Source: Escherichia phage JN01
Strand: one strand, 5' to 3'
Length of the DNA: 64,000 nucleotides
Sequence record: MN882542
Below, piece after piece: positions 9,141-18,440 of this stretch. The translations under genes and the position numbers were made by a program. Within the stretch, counting starts at the first letter, position 1. Every line of letters starts with the position of its first letter. Under the pieces are notes generated by a model. That model saw only the letters and a list, made by a program, of their open reading frames with translations, was not told the origin of the DNA and did no database searches.

Positions 9141-9168
9141 TTCAACAGTAAACTAAGAGGAAAGTATT

Positions 9169-11535
9169 ATGCGCATGGTAAACGACCACGCAGAAGTGAT
9201 TAAGAGTTCAACTTCTTTAGAGACATCTCAAGCACAGATTACAATGACACCTGAAATGTTCAGCCTTCTGAGTTCTGGTGTATATACCTTTAAAGAGCGA
9301 GCAGTAATTCGTGAACTGTCATGTAACGCAGTAGATGCTCAGAAAGAAGCTGGAAAAGAGAACATCCCGTTCCATGTGCATTTACCTACTCGTTTTGAGC
9401 CTTACTTTGAAGTTCGTGATTTTGGAACTGGATTGACTCATGATAAAGTTATGAGTTTGTATCTAAATTACGGGGCTTCTACGAAGAATGACTCTAATGA
9501 CTACATTGGTGCAATGGGTATCGGCTCAAAATCTCCATTTGCAATCGCTCAGTCATTCACAGTATCTAGCTATGTTGACGGTGTTGTTAATAAGTACTCT
9601 GTTTATCTTGAGAATGGTATCCCTCAAGTAACTAAACTTACCACTAACCCAACAAAAGAACCTAATGGATTAGCTGTACGTGTAGCAGTTGCTGACCATC
9701 GTATTTCAAAGTTCTTTGAAGAGGCTGGTAATGTATACTCATACTTTGCTGTAAAACCAGAAAGTAATATCGAGTATGACGATGTGTTAGCAGATATGAA
9801 TGTTATTGCCCGTGAAGAAGGTGTTTATGATGCCATGATTCATAAGCAAAGCTGGCGTTCTAGTGGTAATAGGACAGAATTTAATGTGGTGATGGGTAAT
9901 ATTGCCTATCCAGTGAATATGGAAGCATTACTTGGTGATGATTTCTTCAAAGTATTGCCAGAATTTTTCCGTAGGAGCGTAGACCTTGTAAACATCTACA
10001 TGCCTATTGGTTCAGTTGCTATTGCAGCTTCTCGTGAAGCATTGCAGATGAATGACACGACAAAAAATGTTATCATCGAGGCTACTAAAAAGATAACTGA
10101 AGCAATTACAAAGGATGTTATCAAGAAAGTTAATAGCCAACCTACACTCATGGATGCTGCACAGGCTTATGCTGAGTTACGCTTGAACTCACGAGAGATG
10201 TTTAATGCTGTGTGTCCAAAGCTAGAGTGGGGTGGTGTTAAGCTTGATTCTCTGGAAGAAGAATTACTAAACATTCGTCGTGGAATTATCTACGCAGAAG
10301 ACGGCTCAGTCATTTATGAACGTGACGGTAAAGGTAATATTAAGGTTGATAGGAACGGAAACAACATCCCTAAAGTAGATTATCTTTATAATCCAGTTGC
10401 TTATGTCAAGTTCAACTCTTTAGAGAGTAAGATTCGTGCAACATCGCTTTCCTACACTCAAGAGGCAAGTATGTTCAATATCTTTGGCGCAATGCGTAAA
10501 AGCCAAATTGAACAGTTTTTGTTTGTTATCAATGACCGTCGCAATAAAAACGGTACTGAGAAAACTGTAGGACGCAACCAGATTCTGCGTGGTGCATGTC
10601 GAGACTATGCCAGCGAGTCAAGTCTGTTTCACAGATACAATGGCATTGTCTTTGTATTCTCTACTGAGAAAGAGCTAGATGATTTAATCAATCTGCACAA
10701 ACTTGATAAAAGCTTGTTAAAGATTGTGAAGATGTCTGATAAGGAACACCATTATCAGCGTAAAGAAGCTGTAAGAGGTGTTGTAAAACTCTGGAAAGCT
10801 GTTCCAGCAGAAGGTGTAGCTTCATACAAAGAGGTGTCAGAAGACTTAGATACGATTGAAGAGCCTCAGCTTTATATTAAGGCAGTAGGTGACACAGTTG
10901 ATGGCGAATGTTTTTGCTCATCTCCAGAAGATGTAGCTAAGTCAGTTGCCAATGTCATTGAAAAGACAGTCTATGTTTTCCGAAAAGCAAATTGGAAAAA
11001 GATACCAGAAGACTGGATTGAAGTAGATGAGAAGCTCTTGAACGACAGCTTAACTGATGTTCACTGGATTAATCATAACAGGTATATGACACGTATCTAT
11101 ATGAATGGTGTCCTTGACCTTACAAGCAGTTGGATTATTGCCAGAAACTTTACGTTCAATAACAGGAAGATTTCTCGTGGTTATTGCTATTCACGAGACA
11201 CAAACAAAACTATCTTCTTAGAAGGTAATGAAGATGCTGTTGAGGCAATGTTTGGCAAAATCCAATACGTTGCTGCACCGTTTGCATACACTTATACTGT
11301 TAGTCGGTTGCAAACTTTGAAAGAGTGCCTTGACAACGATACAAAGCTGTACAAGAAAATTAAGAAAGCTGGTGACCGTATGGTCATTAAGGTGACAAAC
11401 TACCTTTCAAAAAGAAAACAAGAAAACTTCTTGCTTTCTCATTTAGATTGGAATAAAGTGTCACCCATAGAAGTGAGTAAGTTCTTAGGTTTTGATGTGA
11501 AGTGTGTTCCAGAAGGAACTACAATTTACGATTAA
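9169..11535 (+). CDS. rIIA: rIIA-like protein with GHKL/HATPase-type N-terminal domain
   Basis: 788 aa; Bergerat-fold motifs ELSCNAVDA, RDFGTGL, GIGSKSPF near N-terminus; size and fold as in T4 rIIA; followed by an rIIB-sized gene. Confidence 0.55.
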   Translation: MRMVNDHAEVIKSSTSLETSQAQITMTPEMFSLLSSGVYTFKERAVIRELSCNAVDAQKEAGKENIPFHVHLPTRFEPYFEVRDFGTGLTHDKVMSLYLNYGASTKNDSNDYIGAMGIGSKSPFAIAQSFTVSSYVDGVVNKYSVYLENGIPQVTKLTTNPTKEPNGLAVRVAVADHRISKFFEEAGNVYSYFAVKPESNIEYDDVLADMNVIAREEGVYDAMIHKQSWRSSGNRTEFNVVMGNIAYPVNMEALLGDDFFKVLPEFFRRSVDLVNIYMPIGSVAIAASREALQMNDTTKNVIIEATKKITEAITKDVIKKVNSQPTLMDAAQAYAELRLNSREMFNAVCPKLEWGGVKLDSLEEELLNIRRGIIYAEDGSVIYERDGKGNIKVDRNGNNIPKVDYLYNPVAYVKFNSLESKIRATSLSYTQEASMFNIFGAMRKSQIEQFLFVINDRRNKNGTEKTVGRNQILRGACRDYASESSLFHRYNGIVFVFSTEKELDDLINLHKLDKSLLKIVKMSDKEHHYQRKEAVRGVVKLWKAVPAEGVASYKEVSEDLDTIEEPQLYIKAVGDTVDGECFCSSPEDVAKSVANVIEKTVYVFRKANWKKIPEDWIEVDEKLLNDSLTDVHWINHNRYMTRIYMNGVLDLTSSWIIARNFTFNNRKISRGYCYSRDTNKTIFLEGNEDAVEAMFGKIQYVAAPFAYTYTVSRLQTLKECLDNDTKLYKKIKKAGDRMVIKVTNYLSKRKQENFLLSHLDWNKVSPIEVSKFLGFDVKCVPEGTTIYD

Positions 11536-11616
11536 AGTGTTTGACAAGGGGCTTCAAAGCCCCTTAGAATAACCTCACAAAATGATTTATTAACTAACAA
11601 GAGAGAGAGTAATAAG

Positions 11617-12726
11617 ATGACTACTAAAACTAAAGCACAGATTGACGCAGAAATCTACAAACTGGTTAAAGAAGGTAAGCTGACTAAAACAGCTATTGCA
11701 CAGAAGTTCAATACCTCAACCCGTTCAGTTGGTCGTGCTGTAGAGCGTCATGAAGCAACTTTAAAAGGTAAGAAAAAGGTAGCTTCGACACCAGCTAAGA
11801 AGACTTTGAAGCAAGTTGCTAAGTCAGTTAAAAAGAAAGCTGGAAAACCAGTTGAAAAGGTTGTTAAAGACACTGTACAGAAAGTTCCAGTAAATAAACT
11901 GCACGAAGCTATGCAGAAAGATGACAAGATTGAGTACATGATTACTGGCGACTCTGTAATTATGACTTACGGTTCAGAATCTGAAATTGTTGAGTCTACT
12001 CATCCGAACTATCAAGAGATTGTAGTTCACGTTGTGAAAGGTGAGTTCAAGAAAGCATTTGAACTGATGAACATTCGTAAGTCTATCGAAAACTTCACTC
12101 AGGGTGCTATCACAATCAAAGGTGACAAGTTATTCTACGGTGCTGTTGAGATGCGTTCTACTCTGGTTGACCGTATTCTTCACATGATGAAGACTGGTGA
12201 TAAAGGTTTTGAACGACTTGTAATGTTCTTCGAAAAACTGATGGAAAACCCATCTAAAGACTCCGTAGAACAGCTTTGGGGATTTGTATCTCACCTTGAT
12301 GTTGAAATTGATGAAGAAGGCTACATCATTGGTTGGAAGAAAGTTTCTACTCGTGAAGGCAAGCTGGTTGACTCCCACACCTACAAAGTGCCTAATGATT
12401 TGGGTAACATTGTAGAAATGCCACGTTGGATGGTTGATAACAACCGTAACGTAACTTGCTCTCAGGGTCTTCATGTTGGTGCTTGGGATTATGTTCGTTA
12501 CTTCTCAGGTGATACAATCCTGAAGGTTCGTGTCCATCCACGAGATGTTGTATCTGTTCCGACTGATTACAACGATATGAAGATGCGTTCATCCCGTTAT
12601 GAAGTTGCAGCAATCGTTGATAATCAACGTAAAGTTCTGAAAGCATGGGATGGTAAGACTGAAGCTTTGCATGTCATCGTTGGTACTGCTGGGGAACTCA
12701 TCTCTCAACGCAAACGTGAAATCTAA
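11617..12726 (+). CDS. rIIB-like protein (by position and size), Lys-rich N-terminal region
   Basis: 369 aa ORF immediately downstream of rIIA-like gene; no independent motif. Confidence 0.4.
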   Translation: MTTKTKAQIDAEIYKLVKEGKLTKTAIAQKFNTSTRSVGRAVERHEATLKGKKKVASTPAKKTLKQVAKSVKKKAGKPVEKVVKDTVQKVPVNKLHEAMQKDDKIEYMITGDSVIMTYGSESEIVESTHPNYQEIVVHVVKGEFKKAFELMNIRKSIENFTQGAITIKGDKLFYGAVEMRSTLVDRILHMMKTGDKGFERLVMFFEKLMENPSKDSVEQLWGFVSHLDVEIDEEGYIIGWKKVSTREGKLVDSHTYKVPNDLGNIVEMPRWMVDNNRNVTCSQGLHVGAWDYVRYFSGDTILKVRVHPRDVVSVPTDYNDMKMRSSRYEVAAIVDNQRKVLKAWDGKTEALHVIVGTAGELISQRKREI

Positions 12727-12741
12727 TAAGTAATTTCTTAA

Positions 12742-12770
12742 AAGGCTGCTTCGGCGGCCTTTTTTATTTG
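12742..12770 (+). terminator. intrinsic terminator
   Basis: GGCTGC-ttcg-GCGGCC hairpin followed by TTTTTTATTT. Confidence 0.6.
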
Positions 12771-12800
12771 TATTTTGTGCAGAGTGCTGTATAATTGTGG
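12768..12800 (+). promoter_or_regulatory. candidate sigma70-type promoter
   Basis: TTTGTA, 17 bp spacer, TATAAT upstream of 12827 ORF. Confidence 0.4.
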
Positions 12801-12826
12801 TCACGATAAACTAAACAGGAGAACCA

Positions 12827-13375
12827 ATGAAGAAGTTGATTCTAGGTTTGTGCTTAATGTTTACAGCACAATTATCTTATGCAGTTGACTGCCCAGAGCT
12901 ATCAATTAGCCAAAAAGTAAACATGTTAAAAGCTTACCAGTATGGTGAGAATAATATGGGTAAAGGTTGGGGTATCACTCTAGCTGCTATAGCCTTACAA
13001 GAGTCAGAGTTAGGTCTGAATATGGAGAATAAAAAGACCCATGACTATGGTATCTTCCAGAATCACTTGAAGACTGTTGTAAAGCGTAACAAAATCAGTC
13101 CTAATGTGGCTAAAAAGAAACTCTTAAAAGACTTTGACTATGCTGCAAAGGAAACACACAAAGAGCTTGAGTTTTGGACGAAGGTGCATGGTCAACCAAA
13201 GTCAAAGAAGACTTTACAAAAAGTTTTAGCGTCATATAATGCTGGGTATTCGTACAAAATCCCTAAAGCTAAGAAATACTCTCAAGATGTCTACAACAAT
13301 ATGAAAGTTATTGCTCAATGTGAATTTGCAACAAACATTTCTAAGGTAAACCATGAAAAAATTAAGAAAGTCTGA
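12827..13375 (+). CDS. secreted protein, possible lytic transglycosylase (SLT)-like
   Basis: N-terminal signal peptide (MKKLILGLCLMFTAQLSYA); LQESEL and DYGIFQ loosely resemble SLT catalytic E-S and GLMQ motifs. Confidence 0.4.
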   Translation: MKKLILGLCLMFTAQLSYAVDCPELSISQKVNMLKAYQYGENNMGKGWGITLAAIALQESELGLNMENKKTHDYGIFQNHLKTVVKRNKISPNVAKKKLLKDFDYAAKETHKELEFWTKVHGQPKSKKTLQKVLASYNAGYSYKIPKAKKYSQDVYNNMKVIAQCEFATNISKVNHEKIKKV

Positions 13376-14048
13376 TGAAGTCCTGTGTCATGCTTATGAC
13401 TTACATCCTCATGAGTTAGGTCTTGATTCCTGTGTATGGACGTCAGAACAGTGCAGGGATTTTGAAGACACTGCAAGAGAAGTTGTATGTTCACTTGAAG
13501 AGTTCCACACATCAGAACCAATTGTGAACGTTGTGGACAAAGAAACTGGACAATCTATAGGTGTAAGACGTGACAGTTTAGTTATAGTCAATAAAGACCT
13601 TGTAGAAAAAGGTAACCTCATCTTAGCAGATATTGATGGTGTTCTTACAAATTTTAATCACGAAGACTGCTCAACGGAACTGATTGATGGGTCATTTTCA
13701 CAGTACACTAATTTGCTTGACTCTGTAAGTGCAAAACCAACGTATGTTTTCAATATTATTGATGCAATTGCTAACCATGCTGCCATTGGACTCTTGACAG
13801 CGAGGGGTGAATCTCAGAGAATACCTACTGAGATGTTTTTAAGGCATTACATAGAACATGATTACATGCTTTTCATGCGTGGTTTTGGAACTAACTCTAT
13901 AAGTGCAGAAAGTTTAAAAGTTAGGATGATTCAGTCTTGCATTCTTCCTTACTTTAATATAGTATGCTTTATAGAAGATACAGAGAAGAATGTTCAGAAG
14001 GTAAACAGAATCCTTCCACACATTAAAACCATGTTAGTCAAACATTGA
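13353..14048 (+). CDS. hypothetical protein with HAD-like phosphatase motif
   Basis: 231 aa; LILADIDGVLTNF matches HAD motif I (hhhDxDG[TV]). Confidence 0.4.
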   Translation: MKKLRKSDEVLCHAYDLHPHELGLDSCVWTSEQCRDFEDTAREVVCSLEEFHTSEPIVNVVDKETGQSIGVRRDSLVIVNKDLVEKGNLILADIDGVLTNFNHEDCSTELIDGSFSQYTNLLDSVSAKPTYVFNIIDAIANHAAIGLLTARGESQRIPTEMFLRHYIEHDYMLFMRGFGTNSISAESLKVRMIQSCILPYFNIVCFIEDTEKNVQKVNRILPHIKTMLVKH

Positions 14049-14058
14049 GAGAAAACTT

Positions 14059-14523
14059 ATGAACAATATCATTACGGTAGCACTGGACGATACGACAAAC
14101 AAATCTGTAGTAGTTCGTAAATTGATTCAAGGTAACTTTGAAGGTAAAATTTTTCGTGCTGTTAATGTAAAAGCTGATGGCAGCATTCGTGAATATCGTG
14201 CATTGTTGAATGTTAAAAAGCACGTAAAAGGTGCTGGTTCAACGACTGCACACAAAGAAAACCTGATGACTATCTATGATATGGGTAAGGCTTCAGAGTT
14301 AGGTGCTGAAGGTATCGTTAAAGAAGGTGCTCCGTATCGCTCTTTCAATCTGGAAACTACTCTTATGCTTTCCTTTACAAGTGGTTCTAAAACAATCACT
14401 TACCTCTTTACTGATGCTGCAACGGTATCTGCTATCAAGGATAGCACCGTCAAAGCTGGGGTAGCTGCTGCTGCAAAAGCTTCTTCGATGGCTGCAAATG
14501 TCCTTGCTAAAGTCCTCGGTTAA
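14059..14523 (+). CDS. hypothetical protein
   Basis: 154 aa ORF with Ala-rich C-terminus. Confidence 0.5.
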   Translation: MNNIITVALDDTTNKSVVVRKLIQGNFEGKIFRAVNVKADGSIREYRALLNVKKHVKGAGSTTAHKENLMTIYDMGKASELGAEGIVKEGAPYRSFNLETTLMLSFTSGSKTITYLFTDAATVSAIKDSTVKAGVAAAAKASSMAANVLAKVLG

Positions 14524-14535
14524 GGTTAAGATACA

Positions 14536-14562
14536 GGCTCCTTCGGGAGCCTTTTTCATTTC
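14536..14562 (+). terminator. intrinsic terminator
   Basis: GGCTCC-ttcg-GGAGCC hairpin followed by TTTTTCATTT. Confidence 0.65.
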
Positions 14563-14575
14563 AGGAGATTGTTAA

Positions 14576-14923
14576 ATGACATTTAAAGAGTTCTGCCAAG
14601 CTACTTTCATAATTGTTTTCTTAGTTGGGGCAGGTGTCTGGGGAGGATACTCTTACAGAGACTACCAAGTTGCTGAAACTGAGCTAAATAATGAGAAACT
14701 AATAAGTGTTGCTAAAGACGCTTATCAGGAAGGTTTAGCCACACTCAGCACCAATTACAAAAATGATTTGAAAGATGTGCTTGCTAAGAATAAGCACACA
14801 AAAGAGGTACTAACGTATGAAAAGACTAAGCCAGAGTTTTATAATGTTTGTGTTACTGATAATTATGTCAGGGTGTTCAACGAACAAAGTGAACAGTACA
14901 TTCAAAAACTCCCAAGTAAGTGA
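14576..14923 (+). CDS. candidate i-spanin (inner-membrane spanin)
   Basis: 115 aa; N-terminal TM helix (FIIVFLVGAGVWGG) then charged helical periplasmic region; overlaps a lipoprotein ORF in another frame as in Rz/Rz1. Confidence 0.45.
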   Translation: MTFKEFCQATFIIVFLVGAGVWGGYSYRDYQVAETELNNEKLISVAKDAYQEGLATLSTNYKNDLKDVLAKNKHTKEVLTYEKTKPEFYNVCVTDNYVRVFNEQSEQYIQKLPSK

Positions 14924-15086
14924 GAGTGACAAGTACACTCAAGAAGAATCAAGATTCACTGTCAAAGGTAATACTGGCAGCGATGTGGCAGCAGCCCTTG
15001 AGTTTTATCGTGATGGTTTTTACCAGTGCACAATCAAAGCTAATAACCTTATTGATATGATTTTATTAGGAAACAAACAGCAATGA
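14817..15086 (+). CDS. candidate o-spanin (outer-membrane lipoprotein)
   Basis: Signal peptide with lipobox (LLIIMSGC); start embedded in 3' third of the i-spanin candidate in a different frame. Confidence 0.45.
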   Translation: MKRLSQSFIMFVLLIIMSGCSTNKVNSTFKNSQVSESDKYTQEESRFTVKGNTGSDVAAALEFYRDGFYQCTIKANNLIDMILLGNKQQ

Positions 15087-15352
15087 CAGAGAATGAAGAT
15101 ACTTTCTATGTAGAAGGGTACTTACTACTACCACGACCAAAAGAAACTTATATGCGGGTTGATTTCTCACCAACCATTATGGATAACGTGATGTGCCATA
15201 TCTTTATGCAAGGTGTCACAGCACAGCTTAAGCATGTTGGTAAAGAGTGCAAAATAAAGGTTGACACTCATCCAGAAATCAAAGAGAATCACTACACATG
15301 GTTCTTACCAGACTCTAAAGAAATCTTAGCAGTTCTTAAAACGAGGAAATGA
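15083..15352 (+). CDS. hypothetical protein
   Basis: 89 aa ORF, start overlaps previous stop. Confidence 0.45.
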   Translation: MTENEDTFYVEGYLLLPRPKETYMRVDFSPTIMDNVMCHIFMQGVTAQLKHVGKECKIKVDTHPEIKENHYTWFLPDSKEILAVLKTRK

Positions 15353-15663
15353 TTATGCAATTCCAGCCAACAAATCGTGGATTTTCTTATGCAGAATTTA
15401 AAGATGCTAAAGGAGAGATTTGTACTTTACAAGAAAGTTCATCATATGAACCATGTATCTGGTTAGGTGCTAAAGAGGTCTCTGTTCAGTACCTAGATGG
15501 TGGCTGGAAAACACTTGATATCCCAGCATTAGTAGGCAAAGATTTTGTAGGTAACCAAAGAATGAAACTCAACCAAGAACAGGTGAAAGAGTTGTTACCA
15601 TACCTTCAGTACTTTGCTGAAAATGGTGAATTACCAACAGAGGAACTTACAAATGCAGATTAA
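15349..15663 (+). CDS. hypothetical protein
   Basis: 104 aa ORF, ATGA overlap with previous. Confidence 0.45.
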   Translation: MIMQFQPTNRGFSYAEFKDAKGEICTLQESSSYEPCIWLGAKEVSVQYLDGGWKTLDIPALVGKDFVGNQRMKLNQEQVKELLPYLQYFAENGELPTEELTNAD

Positions 15664-15979
15664 TGGAAGAGACTTTGTAGCCGTTTACTACGAGAAAGAT
15701 AAAGAAGTTGGCGTAGCACAAGTATCTTATGGTAATGGTAAGTGGTTGTATGGGACAATCGCAGTAGTCGGAACAAGAAGTGATACAAAAACTTTTAAAG
15801 ATTGTGTTGACCTTCTTGAAGAATCCATCCACAATCATTGGTGTCTGATATGGATGACTGACAACGAAGTGATAGAACGCTTCAAAAAGATTGGTATCAA
15901 CATTGATAGCATTGAGCATGTTGATTTGTATGAGCTAACTGAGAAGGTAAACTATGAAAGTAATACTAGCCAGAGATAA
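15652..15979 (+). CDS. hypothetical protein
   Basis: ORF-track start 15614 is TTG; ATG at 15652 preceded by GAGGA. Confidence 0.4.
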
Positions 15980-16187
15980 AAAGACACGTAAGATTGTAAG
16001 TTCAGCAGTATTCAAAGGGAGACATGAAGTCGTCCCGTTTGCAGGAGAAGATGTGTTAACTTACAAGAAGGTGATGAAACGTGAGTTCAGTAACCATTTC
16101 CGTGACTTCTTCTCTGAACCATTAGAAGATTTTAAAAGTCGTTGTGGTAAAGGTATCATCACTCAAGAGGTAATTATTCATGGCTGA
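15954..16187 (+). CDS. hypothetical protein
   Basis: 77 aa ORF. Confidence 0.4.
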   Translation: MKVILARDKKTRKIVSSAVFKGRHEVVPFAGEDVLTYKKVMKREFSNHFRDFFSEPLEDFKSRCGKGIITQEVIIHG

Positions 16188-16380
16188 CTTCTGCAAAGAC
16201 TGCTCTATCGAAATGTTCGGACGTGATACAGGTGACTTAAAAGGTCTTATCACTGAAGATGACTTTAAAGCTGGCTATGCAATGCCAGTAATCTGTGAAG
16301 GTTGTGGATGTATCTGGGTAGACCACGAAGGGCAACGTGTAAAACCTTCAGAAGATAAAGAATCTTGGGAGAGATGCTAA
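16180..16380 (+). CDS. small zinc-ribbon protein
   Basis: 66 aa with CKDC ... CEGCGC cysteine pairs. Confidence 0.45.
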   Translation: MADFCKDCSIEMFGRDTGDLKGLITEDDFKAGYAMPVICEGCGCIWVDHEGQRVKPSEDKESWERC

Positions 16381-17166
16381 ATGGGTATTGTAAAAATCAT
16401 CAATGGGGACATCTTCTCCGCATTTGATAAAGGTAAGTTTGATATCATTGGTCACGGTTGCAACTGTATGAATTTAATGGGTGCAGGTATCGCTGACAAG
16501 GTTTCTAAACTTTACCCAAAAGCATATGAGACCGATACAGAAGTTTATCTGTATGCAGGTGGTATAGGCCACAAACCCTGTGAAAATTTACTAGGCAATT
16601 TCTCTGTAGCACGTTTAGAACAAGGCCGTATAGCTAACCTTTACACTCAGCTTAAGACTGGTAACGATGCCCGATACAGTGCTTTAGAATCATCTTTGAA
16701 ACAACTTAACAGATACTGTGAAGTTAATCAGTTGAAGAAAGTTGGGTTACCTATGATTGGTGCAGGTATCGGTGGACTAGACCCTCAAGCCGTCACAGTT
16801 ATCATTAATCAGGTGATGAAGAGTGTAGATGTGTATCTGTATGTCTACGAAGGAGAGATGTACCACAAGTTACGCTCAGGTTGGAAGAACTACTGTGAAC
16901 CAGAATACTTTGCAGGTGTAGTAGTGTTCACTGATGATGCAGTTACCCTCTTCAGACGAAGAAAAGGTAAGATACATCAAAGTAACCCTCCGGTTGAAAA
17001 GATGTCTCTAAGTAACGCTCTAGTTACCCACCTGTCGAAGAGCAATCACAGAATTGCAGTAACATTTGGCAGTGATGCAGATACATATATCTATGCAAGA
17101 ACTGATGAGGATGTTGAGGAAATTTTCTCTTCACCGGAAGTTACCTTCTTAGACGCAAAAAACTAA
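16381..17166 (+). CDS. macro-domain-like protein (ADP-ribose binding/processing), tentative
   Basis: N-terminal INGDIFSAF...DIIGHGCNCMNLMGAGIA resembles macro-domain GDIT...D-IVNAAN...GGGV-AI pattern; 261 aa. Confidence 0.45.
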   Translation: MGIVKIINGDIFSAFDKGKFDIIGHGCNCMNLMGAGIADKVSKLYPKAYETDTEVYLYAGGIGHKPCENLLGNFSVARLEQGRIANLYTQLKTGNDARYSALESSLKQLNRYCEVNQLKKVGLPMIGAGIGGLDPQAVTVIINQVMKSVDVYLYVYEGEMYHKLRSGWKNYCEPEYFAGVVVFTDDAVTLFRRRKGKIHQSNPPVEKMSLSNALVTHLSKSNHRIAVTFGSDADTYIYARTDEDVEEIFSSPEVTFLDAKN

Positions 17167-17204
17167 GAAACTCTGTAGAATATTCACAATAGACTAAGCC
17201 TTTC

Positions 17205-17250
17205 TTATCTGGTAAATTTTTCAGGTAAGGAGGGCTTTTTTATTTCAGGA
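17205..17250 (+). terminator. candidate terminator after macro-domain gene
   Basis: Imperfect inverted repeat ending GGAGGGC followed by TTTTTTATTT. Confidence 0.35.
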
Positions 17251-17420
17251 TTGTGCAGGTAGTGTTCTGGACAGAAATCTGTAGAGAGAATTTTGAACTC
17301 CAAAGAGAAAATTCATTTTCAAACTGTGCAGGTAATCTCCAAAGAGCTTTTTCATTTTCAAAACGTGCAGACCCCGCTCAGGTCGGGCAAGAAAAATCAT
17401 TTTAGAATTGTGCAGGTAGG
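17240..17420. repeat. four direct repeats, consensus about TTTCATTTTCAAANTGTGCAGGTA
   Basis: Copies near 17240, 17311, 17351, 17396 in an ORF-poor stretch upstream of the early-region promoter. Confidence 0.6.
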
Positions 17421-17594
17421 TGGGTGTAGGTGGGGATGTCGCCATTTCTCACAAGGCTACCACATCTGAAAAGAGAAGTCAACAGAAAAATTTGTAGCGG
17501 ATTGAAAAATAATTCTTGATTGTAGTTCTGTTTTGTGGTAGTCGCGTGCGCCCGTTTCATTACATTTTTGCCAAAAATATTTTTAAAATTTTTA

Positions 17595-17623
17595 TTGACT
17601 CCTCGAACGGGTTTTTATAGTAT
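17595..17623 (+). promoter_or_regulatory. candidate sigma70-type early promoter
   Basis: TTGACT, 17 bp spacer, TAGTAT; then conserved leader with TAGGAGA RBS before 17677. Confidence 0.5.
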
Positions 17624-17676
17624 TTGCATCAGACGGGGCGACAAGCCCGATAGCCTTAAACTAGGAGAATCTAAAA

Positions 17677-17883
17677 ATGCTATACGGTCGTGAATTGATG
17701 GTTACAACTAACGTTAACACAAATGTAAAACGTTTTTACATGCAAATTTGTGGCGTATGGTCTAGAATATCAGAAGCTGATTATTGCAACTATGTAGAAA
17801 CGGCAATCAACTCTGATTGTTATCTTACAAGGAATACTAAAAAATTTACGAGACAGACAGCAGTTTATTACTACGATATCTAA
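17677..17883 (+). CDS. hypothetical early protein
   Basis: 68 aa ORF behind conserved leader/RBS. Confidence 0.5.
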   Translation: MLYGRELMVTTNVNTNVKRFYMQICGVWSRISEADYCNYVETAINSDCYLTRNTKKFTRQTAVYYYDI

Positions 17884-17971
17884 TAAAGTACTTTACAAGG
17901 GGTTTAAAAGTTGATATCTTAAGCCCCAGATAAAGAGCTTTATCAACAACCTTAAACTAGGAGATTCAAAA
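17884..17971 (+). promoter_or_regulatory. intergenic cassette type 1 (promoter overlapping stem-loop, conserved leader and RBS)
   Basis: TTTACA, 17 bp, TATCTT; stem GGGGTTTAA...TTAAGCCCC; then AGATAAAGAGCTTTA...CCTTAAACTAGGAGATTCAAAAATG. Confidence 0.55.
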
Positions 17972-18352
17972 ATGGCATATCGTGCACCTAAATTCATCAA
18001 TAAAGACAACTTCCGCAACGCACTGGAAAAATCACTTGACGAGAATTTTACAGGTCAGATTATTGTTGTTCACGCATTCAATTTTAAGTATGACATTAAC
18101 GGGAACAGAATCAACCATTACACGGCAACCATGTTAGATGGTGCGCTTTCAAGTGAAAAAGCCGTACTGAATGCGCTTGCTGGACGTGGTAAAAACCTGA
18201 TAAGATGCGATAAGAGACGTTATCAAGGTGGCGCATATGGTTATGATGATGCTGTTTACCATCTTGAAAATATGGGCTATTCAGTGGAGAAAGCTGGAGC
18301 GTCTCAAATAATCGGTAGTGATGGTTATGTGACAATTTTCAAAATTAACTGA
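17972..18352 (+). CDS. hypothetical early protein
   Basis: 126 aa ORF with conserved start context aaaATGGC. Confidence 0.55.
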   Translation: MAYRAPKFINKDNFRNALEKSLDENFTGQIIVVHAFNFKYDINGNRINHYTATMLDGALSSEKAVLNALAGRGKNLIRCDKRRYQGGAYGYDDAVYHLENMGYSVEKAGASQIIGSDGYVTIFKIN

Positions 18353-18440
18353 TAAAGTACTTTACAAGGGGCTTATAGTTCGATAAAGTAAGCCCCAGAT
18401 AAAGAGCTTTACCACTCAATCCTAAATTGGAGATTCTAAA
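18353..18440 (+). promoter_or_regulatory. intergenic cassette type 1
   Basis: TTTACA-17-TAAAGT with stem GGGGCTTAT...AAGCCCC; conserved leader and AGGAG/TGGAG RBS. Confidence 0.55.
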
